Shown here: positions 16,140 to 21,314 of the stretch, piece by piece
Layout: every line of letters begins with the position of its first letter
How positions within the stretch are numbered: the first letter of the stretch is position 1
NCBI GenBank assembly: GCA_043818535.1
Contig: JBDRFS010000042.1
Coordinates: 1-25,678, forward strand
DNA length: 25,678 nucleotides
Source of the DNA: Candidatus Woesearchaeota archaeon
Lineage (GTDB): Archaea > Nanobdellota > Nanobdellia > SCGC-AAA011-G17 > GW2011-AR17
Direction: 5' to 3'
Notes under the pieces: generated by a model
What the model was told of the DNA's origin: nothing
The model's database searches: none
The model's input: the letters and a program-made list of their open reading frames with translations, nothing else
Program-made: the position numbers and the translations under genes

Positions 16140-16655
16140 ATGGAACCATTGAAAAAACTAAAAGCAACATATGGAAGTGAGGATATAAACAATCTCGTAG
16201 ATTTTACAAGACGAGCACCCATAGAACTTCCGGAAAGCAAGACGTACCGTTTCGAGAAAGTAGGCTCTGTAATACACATATATGGAGAAGATTCTGGAAT
16301 AAACCAGTATAACATTGCGGATTTAAGTGAGGGAATGTCCTTAAAGGGAATAAAAACAACACCTCAAGCAATAGAAATAAATCTTTCTTTTGAAGGAATA
16401 GAGAAAATACTATTGCATACTAAGCCTTATAAATGGACAAAAGTTGGAAGAAGGAAAACTTCCAGTGTAAGTTCTTTAGTAAGTAGTATATCTAGCTGCT
16501 TGTCTGGAGAAAGTCGTTCTTCTGGTGAATCTGCCGGGATTAATGGAGAAAGCAGAGGATCAGGCTCCAGTGGAGAATCTAGCAGTTCTTCTGGAGAGAG
16601 CAGACGTCCATCTTCCAGTGGAGAATCTAGTGGTTCTTCTGGAGAATCTCGTTAG
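16140..16655 (+). CDS. 171-aa protein with a globular N-terminal part and a Ser/Gly/Glu-rich tail carrying seven (S/N)GES units
   Basis: The strongest Shine-Dalgarno site in the operon (AGGAGG at 16126-16131, 8 nt before the ATG). The tail reads SGESRSSGESAGINGESRGSGSSGESSSSSGESRRPSSSGESSGSSGESR and ends the protein. No signal peptide. Confidence 0.75.
   Translation: MEPLKKLKATYGSEDINNLVDFTRRAPIELPESKTYRFEKVGSVIHIYGEDSGINQYNIADLSEGMSLKGIKTTPQAIEINLSFEGIEKILLHTKPYKWTKVGRRKTSSVSSLVSSISSCLSGESRSSGESAGINGESRGSGSSGESSSSSGESRRPSSSGESSGSSGESR
16503..16652 (+). repeat. degenerate in-frame tandem repeats encoding the (S/N)GES units
   Basis: gga gaa/gag agt/agc/tct recurs seven times. The last two units lie in a near-duplicate of about 40 nt (tccagtggagaatctagNNgttcttctggaga at 16567-16598 and 16612-16643). 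Confidence 0.8.
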
Positions 16656-16674
16656 CATGAGGAATTAAATTAAG

Positions 16675-17679
16675 ATGTTGAATGAACAAGAGTTACAAAG
16701 ATTACATACCAATCAAAGATTGTTGGTTCTAGAACTTCAACGTAGAGATATCAATGTTAAAGTGATTGATAGGGGATTAGAATTGCTTGAGGCATTTTAT
16801 AACAGGCATAAGGAATTTATTTTAGATAGGGATTCTTCTATAAACCCTTACCCTGCTTCAGTTATTAGTGGGAATAAGTGTCTTGCTAAAAATTTATTAA
16901 AAGAAGCTGGAATAAGTGTTGTAAAGGGGGAACAGTTTTATTCTGACCAACTAGACGATGCGCTTATTTATTCCCAAGAAATAGGTTTTCCAATTGTAGT
17001 AAAACCAAATTTTGGATCTCATGGAGATGGTGTTCATATGGATTTGGAGAATCTATGCCAAGTAAAAGAAGCATTTGATAAGGTTATAAAGTTAATAGGA
17101 ACTTCAAGAGCTTTCCTTGTAGAAGAACAGTTTGAAGGCAAGGAATATAGAGTATTTATTACTGAGAATGGAGATTATGCAGTACTTCATAGAGACCCTG
17201 CTCATGTTATAGGAGATGGCAAGAAAACAATAGAACAACTAGCAAAAGAGGAATCTTTTAAAAGGATGAACCCTAGGACAACTTGTCTTTGTCCAATCAG
17301 ATTAGATGATGTTGTGAATGGATATTTGGCAAGAAGTGGAAAAGACTTAAACTTTATCCCTAAAGAAGATGAAAAAATTTATCTCAGGCATAATTCTAAT
17401 GTGGCGGCAGGAGCGACATGTGAAGATTATACAGATAAAGTACATCCTTCAGTGATAGAAATTTCTAAAAAAGCATTAGAAGTTTTCCATGGATTGCCTT
17501 ATGCAGGAATGGATTTCCTTAGCAAAGATATATCTGTTGAACAGGATAAAAATAGCTATAGGGTTCTAGAAGTGAACTCAATTCCTGGAATTCATATGCA
17601 TATGAGGCCTGGAGAAGGCAAACCTAGAAATGTTGCACAATATCTTGTTGATATGATTTTCCCGGAGACAAGAACATGA
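16675..17679 (+). CDS. ATP-grasp ligase of the cyanophycin-synthetase G-domain type, with no Mur-ligase domain
   Basis: 334 aa. FPIVVKPNFGSHGDGV, PAHVIGDGKKTIEQL and LEVNSIPGIHMHMRPGEGKPRNVAQYLVDMIFP closely follow the CphA pattern EVNaaPG.rMHl.P.eG.pRnV....vd.LFP (recalled motif). GAGGA lies 11 nt upstream of the start. Confidence 0.82.
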   Translation: MLNEQELQRLHTNQRLLVLELQRRDINVKVIDRGLELLEAFYNRHKEFILDRDSSINPYPASVISGNKCLAKNLLKEAGISVVKGEQFYSDQLDDALIYSQEIGFPIVVKPNFGSHGDGVHMDLENLCQVKEAFDKVIKLIGTSRAFLVEEQFEGKEYRVFITENGDYAVLHRDPAHVIGDGKKTIEQLAKEESFKRMNPRTTCLCPIRLDDVVNGYLARSGKDLNFIPKEDEKIYLRHNSNVAAGATCEDYTDKVHPSVIEISKKALEVFHGLPYAGMDFLSKDISVEQDKNSYRVLEVNSIPGIHMHMRPGEGKPRNVAQYLVDMIFPETRT

Positions 17680-18374
17680 AACAATATAGCTTATCCGAAG
17701 GCTCAAAAAGTTATCATGATGAAGCCTATATATATGAACACTTTAGTCAAGTAGAGGATATTCCTGGAAATATTCTACGTTTCTTGGAACCCTTAGTTAA
17801 AAGTAAGGATGTTTTAGACCTTGGTTGTGGAACTGGCAAGTATTTGGTTTCTTTAGCACCATTAGCTAAAAGTTATTGCGGGTTGGATATTTCATCTGAT
17901 CAATTGGGGATTGCAAAATCTAAAGTTAATAATATTTGTAATGTAAATTTTTTATGTTCATCTGCAGAATCAATTAATCTCCCTAATGAAAGCATTGATA
18001 CTATAATTTCTACTTGGGTGTTAAGTACTATTCTAGATGAAAAAAGAAGAGTAAAGGCTCTCAAAGAAGCAGAAAGAGTTCTTAGAACAAATGGAAATAT
18101 TTACTTAGTAGAGAATGACATAGGTGGAGAATTTGAAATGATTAGGGGAAGATATCCTGATATAACAAGAACTAAAACATATAATGGTTGGGTAGAAGCC
18201 CAAGGTTTTAAGATTGCAAAACGTTTAAACACTTATTTTGAGTTTGAATCATTAGAAGAAGCAAAAAAAGTTATAACTTCTATATGGGGCAAAGAAGCAG
18301 CTACAAAAGTCAAGGGTAAAAGAATATATCATAAGATACTGATATACCACAAGAAAAAGAGCGACATAGAGTAA
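17676..18374 (+). CDS. class I SAM-dependent methyltransferase
   Basis: 232 aa. Motif I is VLDLGCGTGKY, with post-I LDIS and DTIISTWVL. The start forms ATGA with the ATP-grasp stop. Confidence 0.85.
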   Translation: MKQYSLSEGSKSYHDEAYIYEHFSQVEDIPGNILRFLEPLVKSKDVLDLGCGTGKYLVSLAPLAKSYCGLDISSDQLGIAKSKVNNICNVNFLCSSAESINLPNESIDTIISTWVLSTILDEKRRVKALKEAERVLRTNGNIYLVENDIGGEFEMIRGRYPDITRTKTYNGWVEAQGFKIAKRLNTYFEFESLEEAKKVITSIWGKEAATKVKGKRIYHKILIYHKKKSDIE

Positions 18375-18378
18375 AAAG

Positions 18379-18392
18379 TTTGTGTACACAAA
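18379..18392. other. perfect 14-bp palindrome directly after the operon's last intact gene
   Basis: TTTGTGTACACAAA begins 5 nt after the TAA at 18372-18374. It shares the core TGTACAC with the IS left terminal repeat. Confidence 0.6.
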
Positions 18393-18476
18393 GGTTCCTA
18401 TGACTTAAAAATACATCTTTTTAATTACCAATATTCTTTTAAACATAGAAAAAAATGAAGTAATAGAGGTGAAACA

Positions 18477-18577
18477 ATGACTTTATATAAAACCCTTAAT
18501 GAAATTGCAGAAGACGATCTATCCCGCTTTACAACAAGCCAAGTAACTGAGATCTCTGATTACCTGAGTTTTCCTGA
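18477..18577 (+). pseudogene. 5' fragment of a small gene split by the IS element
   Basis: GAGGTGA lies 5 nt upstream of ATG 18477. The fragment reads MTLYKTLNEIAEDDLSRFTTSQVTEISDYLSFP(D), runs into the IS, and stops at 18609-18611. Confidence 0.55.
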
Positions 18578-18656
18578 TTTTTTGTACACTATGACTCATT
18601 TTATTTCTTAGATTCAGTTTATCGTCGTAGTTTTCTGTTTTTTGAGTAATTTTTTA

Positions 18657-18672
18657 GAAAGATTTATATATG
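18657..18672 (+). promoter_or_regulatory. putative TATA box of the transposase gene
   Basis: gaaagaTTTATATAtg is centred about 30 nt upstream of ATG 18697. ATG 18670 lies inside this box and is therefore an unlikely start. Confidence 0.45.
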
Positions 18673-18696
18673 ATTAGTGTATATCTATACACTAGA

Positions 18697-20193
18697 ATGG
18701 CTTTTATTCGTAAAATCAAAAGGGGAAAATATACTTACTTAGCTGAAGTTGAGAATAAATGGATCAAAGGAAGAGTAGTGCAAAAACATATTCGTTATGT
18801 TGGTAGGCAGTTGAATGGAAAGATAATAAAATCTGGCTCAATAGGAAATATTGAAGTTACGAAAGTAATTACTTGGGCACCCTTACTTGTTTTGAATACT
18901 TTAGCTAAACAGATTCATTTGTCTGAGATTCTTGGCGATTATGGTGATTATTTACTGAGTCTTGCTTATGCTCATTGTCTGGATCCTAAAAGTGTCAATA
19001 AGATGGAAGACTGGTTTAGTAGGACAGATCTTCATAGCATGTTGAACATCAATGAAGTGTCTGAAAAGGAGTTGTATTTTGCTATGGATTCAATAACTGA
19101 AAAAAATTCTGATACAATCCAGAAAAAGATTTTCAATTCAGTGAAATATGTTCATAACTTAAAACCAAAAGGATATTTTTTTGATGTTACTAATGCTTAC
19201 TTTTATGGAACCGAATGCTGTATTAGCAAGAAAGGGCATAACAAAGAAGGCAAAAATAAACCGCAAGTCCAAATTGGTCTTGCAGTAACTGAAGAAGAAG
19301 GAATACCCATATTTCATAAGACTTTTGAAGGGAATATTCATGATTCAAGAATTCTAAAAGACATGATGGTCATGTTTCATGATTTAAACATCAAAGATGT
19401 TTTTATTGTGTGGGATAGAGGCATAACTTCAGAAGAGAATATTACCGACGCTAAACAAGTAGGATTTGAGGTGATTTGTGGTTTAGCAATAAAACAAAAT
19501 GTTAAAAAACAGGTTGATCAAATAAAGGAAAACGAATCTTTTCTAAAACTCAAAAATAGAGTAAGATTAAAGAAGACTGTATTATATTGTCTAAAACAAA
19601 AATACAAATATGGTGATATTAACGGACACATGATTGTCTGTTTCAATGAAGAAACTGCAAGACTAAACAAAGAAAAAAGAATTGATAATATTTACAAAGC
19701 AAAAGAACTTCTAAAGAAAAATAAACCAATATCAGAAGGCATAAAAAAATATTTCAAAGAAAATGAGATCAATGAAGAAGTATTACTTGAAGCTCAAAAA
19801 TATGATGGATATTCAAGTTTATTCTCAACAAAAGATTTAGAGATTGAAAAGATTGTGAAACATTACTTTGAAAAGGATAAAGTAGAAAAAGCATTCAGAA
19901 GCTTAAAAAGTGTTTTGGGACTAAGACCGATAAAACACTGGCTCGAAGAACGAGTAAAATCACATATATTCATCTGCTACTTATCATATTTGTTAATCAC
20001 ATTATTAGAGCATAAACTAAAATCAAAAGATATTTCAGCCATTGAAGCACTGGACAAATTAAGCACAGCATACAAAGTTCACATTAAAAACAAAAAGCTC
20101 AAAGAAGAATTTACTAAAACAGTAACATTAACAAAGGAACAAGAAACAATCATGAAGGCTGTAGACAAAAAGATTCTAAAACCTAGTGTATAA
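18697..20193 (+). CDS. IS1634-family DDE transposase
   Basis: The N-terminus MAFIRKIKRGKYTYLAEVENKWIKGRVVQKHIRYVGR is typical of this family. DDE-region blocks are FFDVTNAYFYG, FIVWDRGITSEENI and YFEKDKVEKAFRSLKSVLGLRPIKHW. The track ORF starts at 18670. Confidence 0.88.
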   Translation: MAFIRKIKRGKYTYLAEVENKWIKGRVVQKHIRYVGRQLNGKIIKSGSIGNIEVTKVITWAPLLVLNTLAKQIHLSEILGDYGDYLLSLAYAHCLDPKSVNKMEDWFSRTDLHSMLNINEVSEKELYFAMDSITEKNSDTIQKKIFNSVKYVHNLKPKGYFFDVTNAYFYGTECCISKKGHNKEGKNKPQVQIGLAVTEEEGIPIFHKTFEGNIHDSRILKDMMVMFHDLNIKDVFIVWDRGITSEENITDAKQVGFEVICGLAIKQNVKKQVDQIKENESFLKLKNRVRLKKTVLYCLKQKYKYGDINGHMIVCFNEETARLNKEKRIDNIYKAKELLKKNKPISEGIKKYFKENEINEEVLLEAQKYDGYSSLFSTKDLEIEKIVKHYFEKDKVEKAFRSLKSVLGLRPIKHWLEERVKSHIFICYLSYLLITLLEHKLKSKDISAIEALDKLSTAYKVHIKNKKLKEEFTKTVTLTKEQETIMKAVDKKILKPSV

Positions 20194-20197
20194 AAAA

Positions 20198-20486
20198 CAC
20201 GGCAAAGTCAGGTGATTATATAAACGAAAAGACCACTAAAAAAATTGGGAAGAAGGCCTATGAAAAACTAGAGAATTACATAGACAGTAATAAAGACGAT
20301 GAAAACTTGCAGGAGTTAACGCAGTACCTTTTACTGCCCATTAGTTTTGAGGTAACCTTTATGCACGACTACGATGACTTAAAGGAAGAGAAGGTCATAG
20401 GATATAAATTAGCGATCAAGCTGCATGAACAGCTCTCAGCAAATAAATATGATGTTGATCTTGCATTAATGGGCTTGGGTTCATAA
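20198..20486 (+). pseudogene. 3' fragment of the IS-split gene
   Basis: An open frame of 95 sense codons with no start: (D)TAKSGDYINEKTTKKIGKKAYEKLENYIDSNKDDENLQELTQYLLLPISFEVTFMHDYDDLKEEKVIGYKLAIKLHEQLSANKYDVDLALMGLGS, with TAA at 20484-20486. It is in frame with 18477-18577 once 18578-20197 is removed. Confidence 0.55.
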
Positions 20487-20499
20487 AAGGTCACACTTA

Positions 20500-20516
20500 A
20501 ACTTTTTTCTTTCTTC
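20500..20516 (+). terminator. T-rich tract after the island's last gene
   Basis: aacttttttctttcttc lies 14 nt after the TAA. Oligo-T termination is assumed. Confidence 0.3.
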
Positions 20517-20660
20517 CTAAGAAGAGATATGCTCAAGAATAAGTTCAACGCACTCTTCAATTGACAGCTTCCCAGTATCTACGATGATTTCATAGTCCTC
20601 AGGCTCAAGATAGCCCTCATGAACTTCCCTGACTCTGGAATCAGCGATATGCTTTGCCCT
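20517..20660 (-). pseudogene. 3' remnant of a nucleotide-kinase-like gene (47 codons, no start)
   Basis: Reads RAKHIADSRVREVHEGYLEPEDYEIIVDTGKLSIEECVELILEHISS-stop, with an in-frame TAA directly upstream (20661-20663). The ending resembles the C-termini of small P-loop kinases. The assignment is weak. Confidence 0.3.
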
Positions 20661-20748
20661 TTATAAAATTAAAGTTTTTTACAGTTTTTTTACACTTTTC
20701 CTTAATTTTAGCCTAAAATTGGGCACATAGGGAGTTTTATCCCATAAT

Positions 20749-21210
20749 TTACGATCTCCCCAACCCCCCAGCCACATCACTGGCTTCTTCAAGAAAATCC
20801 CCTATCTCTTCCTTAAAAAAAGGATATTCCCGCGCTCCAGAAATCCTGTGGCTAGAATACTCCAAACCCTCATAAAAGAACCTGAAAGCAGGAACGCCAT
20901 AAAACTTGTACTGCTCCATCAGCCAATAGTCATCACGCGTCACCTTAAGCTCAACAACCTTCATCCTCCCATAATACTCCTTTGACAGATGCTCAACAAC
21001 AGGCTCAACCTCCCTGCAGTAATGGCAGTTTTCAGAAGAGAAGTCCACCATCACTGGAAGCTCTGCCTCCAGCACTTCCTCATCAAAAGAGCCAGCAGTG
21101 ATATGCACAACCCTTGAGGGACCTGGAATTTCCTCCATGGCATCCTTCTTCTCACAGGCAACAACCAGAAGCGCACAAAGGCAGTATTTGGCAACTCTTT
21201 TCATAGACAT
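20749..21210 (-). CDS. thioredoxin-fold protein with a lipoprotein-type signal
   Basis: 153 aa. The N-terminus MSMKRVAKYCLCALLVVAC is lipobox-like. It has the CxxC motif NCHYC and a thioredoxin-like YGVPAFRFF. Confidence 0.8.
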   Translation of the reverse strand: MSMKRVAKYCLCALLVVACEKKDAMEEIPGPSRVVHITAGSFDEEVLEAELPVMVDFSSENCHYCREVEPVVEHLSKEYYGRMKVVELKVTRDDYWLMEQYKFYGVPAFRFFYEGLEYSSHRISGAREYPFFKEEIGDFLEEASDVAGGLGRS

Positions 21211-21260
21211 AAAACTTATGCCTCTCAGATTAATAAAGATTTCCCCACCTCCCAGAAAGC

Positions 21261-21275
21261 GAAAAGTATATAATC
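21261..21275 (+). promoter_or_regulatory. putative TATA box for the surface-protein gene
   Basis: gaaaaGTATATAAtcc is centred about 45 nt upstream of the TTG start at 21315. A GGGGGA Shine-Dalgarno site lies at 21303-21308. Confidence 0.4.
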
Positions 21276-21314
21276 CTCATAATAATTAACTTCTCTAGGA
21301 AAGGGGGAATAATA

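Larger units (their letters stand above)
18578..20197 (+). mobile_element. IS1634-like (IS4 superfamily) insertion sequence, 1620 bp between terminal inverted repeats
   Basis: IRL TTTTTTGTACACTA (18578-18591) matches the reverse complement of 20184-20197 (TTTTTTATACACTA) at 13 of 14 positions. It contains one transposase gene. No target-site duplication was found. Confidence 0.75.

Noticed and set aside
16503-16652. Possibility that the DNA repeats are a CRISPR array or a minisatellite
   Set aside because: The repeats are in frame, degenerate, unspaced, and lie within a CDS that has a strong ribosome-binding site. There is no repeat-spacer architecture. No CRISPR array was seen anywhere in the window.
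16503-16652. SGESR as an anSME formylglycine motif ((C/S)-x-(P/A)-x-R), or SxE as a casein-kinase-type phosphosite
   Set aside because: Position 3 is Glu, not Pro or Ala, and the SxE kinase logic is eukaryotic. Both are superficial resemblances and are not used as evidence.
18379-18392. The 14-bp palindrome TTTGTGTACACAAA as an IS-derived solo end
   Set aside because: Only the 7-nt core TGTACAC is shared with the IS terminal repeat, which could be chance. It may simply be an operator or a transcript-end hairpin. It is listed as a feature without a mobile-element claim.
19159-19341. Minus-strand ORF inside the transposase gene
   Set aside because: It is an antisense shadow ORF in very AT-rich DNA.
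18556-20220. Target-site duplication for the IS (ctgattac at 18556-18563 versus gtgattat at 20213-20220)
   Set aside because: Only tgatta is shared, and neither site abuts the inverted repeats. No convincing duplication was found.
20369-20560. Minus-strand ORF 20369..20560
   Set aside because: It overlaps the 3' fragment of the IS-split gene on the opposite strand and has low-complexity S/L-rich content. The + strand frame and the separate kinase-like remnant explain the region better.
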